Part shown: in pieces, positions 28,017 to 36,529 of the stretch
Layout of the letters: every line of letters starts with the position of its first letter
How positions within the stretch are numbered: the stretch's first letter is position 1
Origin: Pseudomonadota bacterium
GTDB taxonomy: Bacteria; Myxococcota_A; UBA9160; UBA4427
DNA: 64,000 nt
Reading direction: 5' to 3'
Assembly (NCBI GenBank): GCA_022361175.1
Contig: JAKSBN010000391.1
Span: 8,457 to 72,456, forward strand
The notes under the pieces: generated by a model
Seen by the model: the letters and a program-made list of their open reading frames with translations, nothing else
Told to the model about the DNA's origin: nothing
Databases searched by the model: none
Made by a program: the position numbers and the translations under genes

Positions 28017-29972
28017 CTACGGCAGCAGCACTGGCGGGGCCGGCGCGGTACCGCCACCCCCCCCACCACCGCCGCCGCCACCACCGGTGGAGGGCGGCGC
28101 GCAGGTCTCGCCGGCCAGCGCGTGGGCGCCGATGTCGAAGCCGGCGCTGCGGCAGCGCTGGAAGAAGTCCGTGTGGACGAAATTCCGCGTGTTGCGGCTG
28201 TCCGTGGCGAAGTTGTAGCCGTTGCCCGCCGGGCCGGTTCCGGGCAGCGTGGCGGAGCGGAGTCGGAAGCTCTCGGGCGTCGTGCGACCGGCGGGCGGCA
28301 CGGCGGCGACGAAGGGGTTGCCTTCATAGCGGCCGGCGGCGGTGCCCCCACTCACGGCGTTGCTGCCCCCGGCCGAATTCCAGCTGGAATCGACGCCCAC
28401 TGAGCCGCCCATGTTCGGCGCGTAGACCAGGTTGTTGATGCACTGATGCCCGGCCCCCGGCGCCGACGGGCACATCTGCAGTCCCGACCGAAAGCCGTTG
28501 CCCAGGTAGATCGTGTTCTGCAGGAACCACACGTTGTTCGTGTGGAGCCCCCCCGCATCCTGGCGCTCGACGCTGACGAACTGGGGGGCGAAGCCGTCCG
28601 GCAGACCCTGCAGATCGAAGATGTTGTTGCGGATCGTCACGTCGCCGCCCTCGACCTGGAAGCCCCGGACCAGCCCGTTGAAGCTCTCGCCGCTGAAGTC
28701 GACGGTCCAGAAGTTGCGCTCGAAGACGAAGTCCTCGACCTGGCTCCCCGGCGCGCCGTTGTTGCACTCGTCGTGCTCGCAGATGCGGACCAGATTGCCG
28801 CCGCCGGCGGTCTGGTGAAACCGGTTGTCGGAGACGATCACGTATTGGCTCGGCGTGGACGGCGTGCAGACTGCATCGGTGGGGTCGCAGCCGCGGAACT
28901 GGATGGGGTTGCGGGAACCCGCGGTGCCCGTGAAGTAGCTGTGCTGGATCACCGCGCGGTTCGTGTGGATCGATCGCACGTTGAACTCGGACGAGGGCGC
29001 CTTGTTGGTGTCGATGTCGAGCCCCATGAACATCGAGCGGGTGTTTCGCAGGAACACCGAGGAGCCCTGTCCGCCCTGGGGACGGATCGTGCACTTGAAG
29101 TCCACCAGCGCGGTCTCCGACGGAAAGCGCGGGTCGCTGGGCGAGTTCATGGTGATGCACTGGTGCCAGTTGGAGATCTCGACGTCGTAGATGGTGTCGC
29201 GACGAACGCCGAAGCCGCCGGCCCGCATGAAGGCCGTGCCGGCGCGTCCCCGCAGCTCGAGGCCCGCGATGGTCCAGCCGCTGTTGAAGATGATGCCCGA
29301 GGTGTTGTTGGAGAAGCTGCCGTTCTCGCTGTTGAGTACCGGTCGCTGGCCCGTCCCGAAGGCCCCGATCTGCGAAGGATTCGATTCGGCGCCGGGCAGA
29401 CTCACGCTGCGGCTGTGGGTGAACGTGTCGCCGCGGCGATACAGGGTCCGGCGCCCGGCGCCCGTCTGGACGGAGCTGTCGAAGCTGGCGTTCGTGACGC
29501 GTTCGGCGCCGGCGGGGCAGCCCGCGAAGTTGCCGCTGCTCGACACGCAGCGGGTGCCGCCCGCGTAGGCCGTGTCCGGGTCTTCGACCCGGACCGTGGT
29601 CGTGCGGGTGGCGCCGACCCCGTCCGGGTTGGAGAGCGTCAGTTCCACCGTATAAGTCCCGGGCTCGGTGAACAGGTGGCCGGCCACGCAGCCCTCGGCG
29701 TAGTTCTTGCTCTTCCCGCTGAGGGACCAGGAGCCCGAGTTCGGGTCGCCGAAGTCCCATTCGCAGCGCACCGTGTGGAAGGCCCGCGCAAAGTCGGGGT
29801 CGCGCACGTCGCTGGCGTCGAAGACGACCGCCAGGGGGGCGATGCCGCTGGTGCGCGTCGCCTGCAGTGTGGCCGTCGGAGCGGCGCTGGCCGCGCCGGC
29901 GAGGCAGAGGATCGCACCGGCAACCCATCCGAAGGTTCCCAGCCGGCTGGAGCCCCGTTGTCGTTGGCCCAT
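28017..29972 (-). CDS. secreted PKD-domain plus right-handed parallel beta-helix protein (candidate glycan lyase, hydrolase or epimerase)
   Basis: Signal peptide (ILCLAGAASAAP), PKD motif (WDFGDPNSG...GTYTVELTLSN) and beta-helix-like repeats (NNIFD, NNLVY, VSDNRF). The tail is STG(12)TAPAPPVLLP. ATG at 29972 checked in frame. Confidence 0.7.
   Translation of the reverse strand: MGQRQRGSSRLGTFGWVAGAILCLAGAASAAPTATLQATRTSGIAPLAVVFDASDVRDPDFARAFHTVRCEWDFGDPNSGSWSLSGKSKNYAEGCVAGHLFTEPGTYTVELTLSNPDGVGATRTTTVRVEDPDTAYAGGTRCVSSSGNFAGCPAGAERVTNASFDSSVQTGAGRRTLYRRGDTFTHSRSVSLPGAESNPSQIGAFGTGQRPVLNSENGSFSNNTSGIIFNSGWTIAGLELRGRAGTAFMRAGGFGVRRDTIYDVEISNWHQCITMNSPSDPRFPSETALVDFKCTIRPQGGQGSSVFLRNTRSMFMGLDIDTNKAPSSEFNVRSIHTNRAVIQHSYFTGTAGSRNPIQFRGCDPTDAVCTPSTPSQYVIVSDNRFHQTAGGGNLVRICEHDECNNGAPGSQVEDFVFERNFWTVDFSGESFNGLVRGFQVEGGDVTIRNNIFDLQGLPDGFAPQFVSVERQDAGGLHTNNVWFLQNTIYLGNGFRSGLQMCPSAPGAGHQCINNLVYAPNMGGSVGVDSSWNSAGGSNAVSGGTAAGRYEGNPFVAAVPPAGRTTPESFRLRSATLPGTGPAGNGYNFATDSRNTRNFVHTDFFQRCRSAGFDIGAHALAGETCAPPSTGGGGGGGGGGGGTAPAPPVLLP
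28050..28085 (-). repeat. 36-nt run of 12 consecutive glycine codons (GGN) near the 3' end of the beta-helix gene
   Basis: The forward strand reads acc gcc acc ccc ccc acc acc gcc gcc gcc acc acc, in frame with the stop at 28017-28019. Confidence 0.9.
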
Positions 29973-30067
29973 GGAGTCTGCCTCCCCTCGTGCCTCGGGC
30001 CAGGGCCCGGGCATTCGACGCGACTCGGCCGTGCGGGACCGAGGTCGACGTCCTGCGTTGTTGCCCA

Positions 30068-30087
30068 CCGAGGGTTCGAACCCTCGG
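30068..30087. promoter_or_regulatory. perfect 20-bp palindrome CCGAGGGTTCGAACCCTCGG in a divergent intergenic region (candidate dimeric-regulator operator)
   Basis: Read directly; each 10-nt half is the reverse complement of the other. It lies between the minus-strand start at 29972 and the plus-strand start at 30300. Confidence 0.4.
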
Positions 30088-30229
30088 CCACCACCGCTTG
30101 TTCCGCTCGGCGTCTCGCTCGTCGGATAGACTCGTCGGACGGGCTGGATCTTCCCCATGTGACGACTCTCACAGGTCCGCAAGTCGAAGAACCGCATTGG
30201 GCGCGATAGGGTAGCGGTCCTCTTACCGG

Positions 30230-30249
30230 GCGCTGAAACGCGCTGAAAC
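30230..30249. repeat. perfect tandem duplication GCGCTGAAAC x2, followed by a GTCCCC-TTCG-GGGGAC hairpin (30252-30267)
   Basis: Read directly. It sits 50-70 nt upstream of the TTG start at 30300. Confidence 0.8.
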
Positions 30250-30299
30250 CGTCCCCTTCGGGGACCGGCTGGGGGTTTCCCATTCGGAGCAGTCACGCT

Positions 30300-31397
30300 T
30301 TGAAGCGAGTGGCCGGACTGGGAGCGATTCTGCTGGCAGGCATGGGCTTCGCCGCGCTGGTGCTGGAGCTGGGCGTCGTGCTGCTCTTGGGAGAGCAGCC
30401 CAAGTTCCCCCGGCGCGTGGTGGGTGCGGAGTTCGGCGTTCGCATCAACGAGCCCGGCGCCCGCTACCGACATCAGTCGTCCGAAGTGGACGTGGAGTTC
30501 GAGATCAACGCCCGGGGGTTGAGGGCGCCCGAGGACTACCCCTACGCGAAGCCCGGCGGCGTCCGGCGGGTCGTGTCGCTGGGAGATTCCTTCACCGTCG
30601 GCTACGAGGTCGAGGTCGACGAGGTCTTCTCCGCCGTCCTGGAAGCGGGCTTGCGCGACCGGGGCGTGGCCGTCGAGGTGTTGAACGCCGGCGTCTCCGG
30701 CTACAGCAACGCCGAGGCGCTGCTCTACTTCCGCCGCGAACTCGTCCGCTACCAGCCGGACGCGGTGCTGCTCTCGTTCTACGGCAACGATCTGGTGGAC
30801 AACGTCCGCTCGGGGCTGTTTCGGTTGGAGGCGGGCCAGCTCGTGCAGACGGCCGATCGCTACGTGCCGGCGGGCGGCCTGGGCAACTGGCTCAATACGA
30901 ATCCCGTGTTCAACTGGTTCTCGGAGCACTCGAACGCCTTCGTGTTGGCGAAGGAGCGGGCGACGTTTCTGCTGAAGGCCGGTGCCGTCGAGGAGAACCG
31001 CGAGCACCTCGAGGGCGAGGGCAAGGGGAATGGCGCCGACGGCGACGCCCGGCTGCGCGAGCAACGCCGGCTGGCGGCGGCGATCCTGACGCAACTGGCG
31101 GAAGAGACTCGCACGCTGGGCATCCCGCTCGTCCTCCAGAGCATTCCGGTCCCGAATCGGCCGCAGAATCCCGAGCGGCTCCTGGAGCTCTTCCCCGTCG
31201 AGGAGTTCGAGCCGCGCCCGGACGTCTTGTGGTTTCCCGCAAAGCGGGTCCTGGATCCCCTGATCGGCCGCGAGAAGCTCTACCACGAGCGGTCGCACGG
31301 GCACTGGACGCCGCTGGCCCATCGCCTGGCCGGCAGCGCGCTGGCCGAGGTCTTCATCGAAGAGGTCGGATGGGGGTCTCCGGCGGCGGCGCCGTGA
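30300..31397 (+). CDS. membrane-anchored SGNH/GDSL hydrolase-acyltransferase, paralog 4
   Basis: TTG start. TM (LGAILLAGMGFAALVLELGVVLLL), block I SLGDSFTVGY, block III NAGVSGY, block V-like SHGHWTPLAH. Confidence 0.65.
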   Translation: MKRVAGLGAILLAGMGFAALVLELGVVLLLGEQPKFPRRVVGAEFGVRINEPGARYRHQSSEVDVEFEINARGLRAPEDYPYAKPGGVRRVVSLGDSFTVGYEVEVDEVFSAVLEAGLRDRGVAVEVLNAGVSGYSNAEALLYFRRELVRYQPDAVLLSFYGNDLVDNVRSGLFRLEAGQLVQTADRYVPAGGLGNWLNTNPVFNWFSEHSNAFVLAKERATFLLKAGAVEENREHLEGEGKGNGADGDARLREQRRLAAAILTQLAEETRTLGIPLVLQSIPVPNRPQNPERLLELFPVEEFEPRPDVLWFPAKRVLDPLIGREKLYHERSHGHWTPLAHRLAGSALAEVFIEEVGWGSPAAAP

Positions 31398-32868
31398 AGC
31401 CGTTGGGGCGCGGCTCCGCGACTTCGTCGGGCGCCGGCCCGGCGTCGCGCGAGTTTCCTCCCGCGCGGTTGCGGGGCCGCCGCGCCTGCTTGGGCAGCCG
31501 GTGGGCCAAGCTGTAGAGCGCTCCGGACATGAAGATCGGATAGCTGCTGTAGAAGCCGTTGGGCAGCTGGTCGAGCGCGCGGACGATCACGATCAACATC
31601 AGGCCGGCCATCAGCGCGCGGTCGCGGCGGCTGCGGATGCGTCCGAGGGATCGGAAGCCCAGGACGACGGGCAGCACGTAGAGGCCGAAGGCGCAGATGA
31701 AGCCCACCATCCCGCGACTGCCCAGCTGGATGATCCAGTAGCCGTCGGGCACCGACGGGGGGATCCCCGTCTCGGGGTCGTACACCCAGTTGCGGCTGTA
31801 GCCGCCCCAGCCGAAGACGAAGCGCTCGCGGGCCTTGGCCAGCATGCGTTCCTCGTTCTCGAAGCGGTAGTTGAGCGACTTGGCGCGGTCTTCGCTGAAG
31901 CCCGCCGAGAATTCGACGATGCCCCGCCACGGAAACAGCTCGGCCAACCGAATCGGCGGGTAGAAGGTCACGAGCACGCATCCGGCCACGGCCACCGCCG
32001 CCAGCGTGCGAACCGGAGACAACAGCAGCAGCGGATAGGCGATGACGCCCCACACCATCGCCGCGACGCTCTTGCACAGGACGAGCAGCACCGTCAGGTA
32101 GGGGGCGGCCAGCCGCCCGGTGATCGTGAACAGGCGCCGAGGCAGGGTGACCACGGGCATGCCCGCTCGGGCCAGGGCCGCGGCGGCGATCACCGCCGTG
32201 GCCATGAAGATCCCGACGGCGATGCCGCTCGGCATGAACATCATGGGCCGGTATCCGCCCCAGCGGTTGGCCTTGGCCATGGTGTTGGGATGGAAGCCGT
32301 AGGCCCAGTGGTGGAGCTGAGGGCTCATCCGCAGCTCCACGAGGATGCCGAGGGTGTACACGAGCCCCGCCAAGGCCAGCAGCGTCATCATGTCGCGCAA
32401 GTCCTTGGAGTCCCGGAAGAAGCAGCGGCCCAGGAAGAACGGCAGGCCGTAGGTGAGCGCGTCGGTGATGCAGGCCGACACCAGCTCGAAGGGCTGCATG
32501 CCCGGCACGTGTCGCGGTCCGTACCGCAGCGGGTCCATATTGGTGAAGACGGTCGCGGCGCCCCCGACGAGCATCGCCATCACCAGCCACTCGGGGACGG
32601 TGGTGCCCGGCCCCTGGCGGCGCAGGCGGCGCGGCGCCAGGTAGAGGGCCGCCGCCAGAACGCCCAGGTAGCTGATGGGCTCCTTGCCGAGGACCGGCAG
32701 CCCCGGCAGATCGAACGCGATGCGCTGGGGCAGGAACATGGCGGCGCCGAGGATCAGGCCGAAGGCGGCCACCGGCGGCCGGAAGCGGCGGAAGACGTAG
32801 AAGCAGAGCGGCACGAACAGCAGCAGCGAGAGATAGGCGAGCGGGTTGGCGTAGGCCGCGCTGTACAT
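31354..32868 (-). CDS. O-antigen ligase / Wzy-like polysaccharide polymerase (polytopic)
   Basis: About 10-12 TM helices with a large loop (RFENEERMLAKARERFVFGWGGYSRN). The start is 3 nt after the upstream stop. Confidence 0.55.
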   Translation of the reverse strand: MYSAAYANPLAYLSLLLFVPLCFYVFRRFRPPVAAFGLILGAAMFLPQRIAFDLPGLPVLGKEPISYLGVLAAALYLAPRRLRRQGPGTTVPEWLVMAMLVGGAATVFTNMDPLRYGPRHVPGMQPFELVSACITDALTYGLPFFLGRCFFRDSKDLRDMMTLLALAGLVYTLGILVELRMSPQLHHWAYGFHPNTMAKANRWGGYRPMMFMPSGIAVGIFMATAVIAAAALARAGMPVVTLPRRLFTITGRLAAPYLTVLLVLCKSVAAMVWGVIAYPLLLLSPVRTLAAVAVAGCVLVTFYPPIRLAELFPWRGIVEFSAGFSEDRAKSLNYRFENEERMLAKARERFVFGWGGYSRNWVYDPETGIPPSVPDGYWIIQLGSRGMVGFICAFGLYVLPVVLGFRSLGRIRSRRDRALMAGLMLIVIVRALDQLPNGFYSSYPIFMSGALYSLAHRLPKQARRPRNRAGGNSRDAGPAPDEVAEPRPNGFTAPPPETPIRPLR

Positions 32869-32871
32869 GAC

Positions 32872-35058
32872 TCAGCCGCGGGCACCCGGCAACAGAGGCA
32901 GGCTGCGAGCCCGGCGCCCCGTGGCCGCGTAGAGGGCATTGGCCACGGCGGGGGCCACGGGAGGCGTGCCGGGCTCTCCGACGCCGCCCGGGCGGGCGTC
33001 GCTCTCCAGCAGGTGCACCTCGACCCGCGGCGCCTCCGCGAGGCCGAGAATCCGGTAGTCGTGGAAGTTGCTCTGGGCGACGGCCCCGTCGCGGACGTCG
33101 ACCTTGCCGAACAGCGCGCCGGAGAGGCCGAAGAGCGTGCCTCCCTCCATCTGCGCGCGGACGGTGTCGGGGTGCACGACGGTGCCGCAGTCGACCGCGC
33201 ACACGATCCGGTCCACCCGGAACTCGTCTCCGTCTCCCGCGGAGACTTCCGCCACCTGGCAGACGGTCGTCTCGAAGGCGGTGTGCAGCGCGAGTCCCCG
33301 CCCGCGGCCTGCGCCCGGGGGTGCGTCCCAGCCGGCGGCCGCGACGGCGGTCTCCAACACGCGTCGTCGCCGTGGATCTCCGGACAGCAGGTGCCTTCGG
33401 AGGGCGAGCGGGTCCTTGCCGCCGGCGTGGGCGATCTCGTCCAGGAAGCTCTCGACGAAGAAGGCGGTCTGGGAGTTCCCCACGGACCGCCACCAGCCGA
33501 TGGGCAGGGCCGCCGGCACGGACGTGTATTCCACGCGCTGGTGGGGAATCGCGTAGAACCCGCGGTCCGCTCCCTCGACCGCCACGCGCGACGCGGGGGC
33601 GTCGAGCCAGTAGGGCAGCCGCCCGGTGGCCGCATCCGGCAGGGCGTCGGGGACCAGGCCGGCATCGAGCTGCCGCTGCAGCCAGCCCCCGGCCCCCTGG
33701 AGCCAGAGCGGTGAGTCGCGCGCTTCCCAGTGCGGGCCGGCGATGCGCTGCCGCAGCGAGATCGGCCACCCCTCGGCGTCCAGCTCCGCCCACAGGCGGG
33801 CCGCGAAGGCGGGCCGGTAGTAGTCGTGGCGGACGTCCTCTTCGCGGGACCACAGGATCTGCACGGGCCGGCCCACGGCGCGGGAGGCGCGGGCGGCCTG
33901 GAGGGCCGCGTCGGGTTCGAAACGACGGCCGAAGCCGCCCCCCAGGTAGGTGGTGTGGAGCCGCACTCGGTTCACCGGGAGCTCCAGCTCGCGGGCCAGG
34001 GATTCGCGCAGCCGTTTCTGCGCTTGGGTGGGAGCCCAGACCTCGCAGCCGTCCGGCCGGGCGTCCACCGTGCAGTTCTGCGGCTCCATCGTGAGGTGGG
34101 CCAGGAAGGGCACTTCGTAGTCGGCCTCGACGCGCGACGCGACGGCGCCGTGCGCAGCGGGACCGCCGTGCTCGCTGGCCGTGACCCCGGCGGTCTCCAG
34201 CTCGGCCCGGAGCTTGGCGGCGAAGGCGTCGCTGTCGAAGCCGCCCGCCGAAAACGCGGGGCGGGCGGCGTCGAGTCCGCGGCGCGCCTGCCAGTAGTGA
34301 TCGGCCAGGACGGCGATGCCGTCCGGGAGCTCCACCACTTCGCGCACGCCGGTGACCGCCAGGGCGGCCTCCCGGTCGAAGCCCTGAAGCGCACCTCCGC
34401 CCGCCGGCGCGCAGGAGACGGCGCCGTACAGCATGTCCTTCACCCGGACGTCGATGCCGAAACGAGCGCTGCCGGCCACCTTGGCGGGAACGTCGACCCG
34501 CGGCACCGAACGCCCGATCAGCCGAAAGGCAGCCGGGTCCTTCAGGCGCGGTCGCTCCGGAACGGCGAGCGCCTCGGCGCGGGTCGAGACGTCGGCATAG
34601 GCGACCCGGCGACCGCTCGCCGGATGGAGCACGTGACCTTCGGCGGTCTGGCATTCGCCCGCTGGAACGCCCAGCGCCTCGGCCCCGGCGCGAACCAGCA
34701 TCTCGCGGGCGGCGGCTCCGGCCTGGCGCAGGGGTTCGAACGATTTGCGCACGCTCGAGCTGGCCCCCGTCGACATGGGTCGCGACGGCCCCGTCTGCAC
34801 GGGAAAGGCGACGCGGACGCTCTGCCAGTCGACGTCCAGCTCTTCGGCCAACAGCATGGGCAGGGCGGTGTGGATCCCCTGGCCCATTTCCGACTTCTCC
34901 ACGAACAGGGTGGTGACGCCGTCGACGCCGATCAGAATCCAGGGACCGAGGGACGCCGGACCGGCCGCCCGGGCCGACCCCGGCGCGAACCCCAGCAGCA
35001 GCCCCGCGGTGGCCCCGCGCAGGAAGTCACGCCGCTTGAGCTTGATGAGCGCCGGCAC
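32872..35058 (-). CDS. molybdopterin-binding subunit of a xanthine-dehydrogenase-family aldehyde oxidoreductase (IorB-like), with a Tat signal
   Basis: Twin-arginine signal KRRDFLRGATAGLLLG. Family blocks: FVEKSEMGQGIHTALPM, HLTMEPQNC, TYLGGGFGRR, GEPGTPPVAPAVANA. GTG at 35058 lies 2 nt after the small-subunit stop. Confidence 0.8.
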   Translation of the reverse strand: MPALIKLKRRDFLRGATAGLLLGFAPGSARAAGPASLGPWILIGVDGVTTLFVEKSEMGQGIHTALPMLLAEELDVDWQSVRVAFPVQTGPSRPMSTGASSSVRKSFEPLRQAGAAAREMLVRAGAEALGVPAGECQTAEGHVLHPASGRRVAYADVSTRAEALAVPERPRLKDPAAFRLIGRSVPRVDVPAKVAGSARFGIDVRVKDMLYGAVSCAPAGGGALQGFDREAALAVTGVREVVELPDGIAVLADHYWQARRGLDAARPAFSAGGFDSDAFAAKLRAELETAGVTASEHGGPAAHGAVASRVEADYEVPFLAHLTMEPQNCTVDARPDGCEVWAPTQAQKRLRESLARELELPVNRVRLHTTYLGGGFGRRFEPDAALQAARASRAVGRPVQILWSREEDVRHDYYRPAFAARLWAELDAEGWPISLRQRIAGPHWEARDSPLWLQGAGGWLQRQLDAGLVPDALPDAATGRLPYWLDAPASRVAVEGADRGFYAIPHQRVEYTSVPAALPIGWWRSVGNSQTAFFVESFLDEIAHAGGKDPLALRRHLLSGDPRRRRVLETAVAAAGWDAPPGAGRGRGLALHTAFETTVCQVAEVSAGDGDEFRVDRIVCAVDCGTVVHPDTVRAQMEGGTLFGLSGALFGKVDVRDGAVAQSNFHDYRILGLAEAPRVEVHLLESDARPGGVGEPGTPPVAPAVANALYAATGRRARSLPLLPGARG

Positions 35059-35060
35059 GC

Positions 35061-35507
35061 TCAGTCCCCTCCGGCGGCGCGGCGAATCGCTCGGCGAATG
35101 CGCGGGTAGGTTCCGCAGCGACAGAGGTTGGTGATCGACGCGTCGATCTCGTCCTCGCTCGGATCGGGGTTCTCGGCCAGCAGCGCGGCGGCGGCCATCA
35201 CCATGCCCGGTTGGCAGTAGCCGCACTGGGGAACCTGCTCGGCGATCCAGGCGCGCTGCACCGGGTGGTCGGCCGCGGCGGCCAGCCCCTCGATGGTGGT
35301 GATGCGCTGGCCCTCCACCTGGCCCACCGGAACCGTGCAGGCGCGGAGCGCGCGACCGTCCACGTGCACCGTGCAGGCGCCACAGCGCCCGATGCCGCAT
35401 CCGAACTTCGTGCCCGTCAGGTTGAGCCAGTCGCGCAGCACCCACAGCAGCGGCGTGTCGGCCTCGACCGCGAGCTCGACTTCTCGACCGTTGACCGTGA
35501 GGCGCAT
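35061..35507 (-). CDS. (2Fe-2S)-binding small subunit of the aldehyde oxidoreductase (IorA/CoxS-like)
   Basis: Two cluster motifs: [11 protein letters not shown] and CGYCQPG...CRCGTY. 148 aa. Confidence 0.85.
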   Translation of the reverse strand: MRLTVNGREVELAVEADTPLLWVLRDWLNLTGTKFGCGIGRCGACTVHVDGRALRACTVPVGQVEGQRITTIEGLAAAADHPVQRAWIAEQVPQCGYCQPGMVMAAAALLAENPDPSEDEIDASITNLCRCGTYPRIRRAIRRAAGGD

Positions 35508-35563
35508 GCTGGGCCGGTTGTCCTTGGGAGGGTGGGAAGAGCGTCGCGAACCGGGAGCGGGTG

Positions 35564-36529
35564 TCAAGCCGAGCCGTTCGCCGGGCGGCGGCGCGGGAAG
35601 AGCGTGTAGCGGAGGAAGTCCCGGAAGAAGTGGGGTGGCTGGGGATAGGGCTTGCGCTGAAGCCAGCACTTGGCGCGACCGAGCAGGAAGCCCGTGATCC
35701 ACAGCGCGTTGGCCAGCCACAGCTGCAGCCGTCCGTGGTTCTTCAGCCAGTAGTGCCGGCGGCTCTCGAACCAGTAGGGCGGGCGGCGCCGGCTCCAGTC
35801 GGTCCAACCGGTGGAGGCCGAGCCCACGTGCTGGACGCGGCTGCTGGGGACGTACCAGGTCGCCCAGCCCGCCGCCTGCGCGCGCCGACAGAAGTCGGCC
35901 TCCTCGAAGTAGAGGAAGTAGCGCTCGTCGAAGGGCCCGATGGCCTCGAAGACCTGGCGCCGAATCAGCATGCTGGCGCCCGCCAGCCAGTCGACCCGCG
36001 TGTCGGTGTGGGGCACGGGTTTGGAGACCACCCAGCGATCCAGCAGCCGACTCACCACGCCGAGGCCGAGGCGGTTCTCGAACTCCGCGGGCAGCGAGTG
36101 GAAGCGAAACGCCGTGTCGTGGGTGGCGCCGTCGGTGCCGTAGATGTGGCTGCCGGCGATCCCCGCCTGGGGGTGGGCTTCGAGAAACTCCACCAGGAGC
36201 GCCAGCGCACCGGGATCGGGCTCGGCGTCGGAGTTCAGGAGGTAGACGTAGTCGACCGGCGGCCCGGTCTCGGCGGCGGCGCGCACCCCCTGATTGACTC
36301 CGTAGGCGAAGCCGCCGTTGCGAGGAGACGCCACCAGGTGGACGCGCTCCTCGGCTCCGAGATCGCGGACGGCCGCCTGGAGCTTCTCGAAGGAGCCGTC
36401 CTGCGAGTCGTTGTCCACCAGGATGACGCGGCTGCCGGGGAGCCCCTCGAGTTCGCGCAGGCTGCTCCGCAGGGCCGCCAGCGTGAGCTCGGGCGTCCGG
36501 TAGTTGATGACGACGACCGCCAGCCGCAT
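35564..36529 (-). CDS. family 2 glycosyltransferase (WbbL/rhamnosyltransferase-like)
   Basis: [12 protein letters not shown]...[10 protein letters not shown]...[11 protein letters not shown]...NSDAEP...[11 protein letters not shown]. The ATG at 36529 shares one base with the PKS stop. Confidence 0.8.
   Translation of the reverse strand: MRLAVVVINYRTPELTLAALRSSLRELEGLPGSRVILVDNDSQDGSFEKLQAAVRDLGAEERVHLVASPRNGGFAYGVNQGVRAAAETGPPVDYVYLLNSDAEPDPGALALLVEFLEAHPQAGIAGSHIYGTDGATHDTAFRFHSLPAEFENRLGLGVVSRLLDRWVVSKPVPHTDTRVDWLAGASMLIRRQVFEAIGPFDERYFLYFEEADFCRRAQAAGWATWYVPSSRVQHVGSASTGWTDWSRRRPPYWFESRRHYWLKNHGRLQLWLANALWITGFLLGRAKCWLQRKPYPQPPHFFRDFLRYTLFPRRRPANGSA

Noticed and set aside
30040-30100. tRNA-like T-arm (GGTTCGAACCC) suggesting a tRNA gene or an integrase attachment-site remnant
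   Set aside because: On neither strand could I build an acceptor stem, D-arm or anticodon arm. The loop is 6 nt, not 7, and no CCA or discriminator context follows. It is better described as a spacerless 20-bp palindrome. No integrase is nearby.
31280-34654. 1124-aa minus-strand ORF, with the plus-strand ORFs 31501..33714 and 33730..35109
   Set aside because: They are low-complexity Arg/Gly/Pro translations overlapping the clearly recognisable Wzy-like and molybdopterin-subunit genes in other frames.
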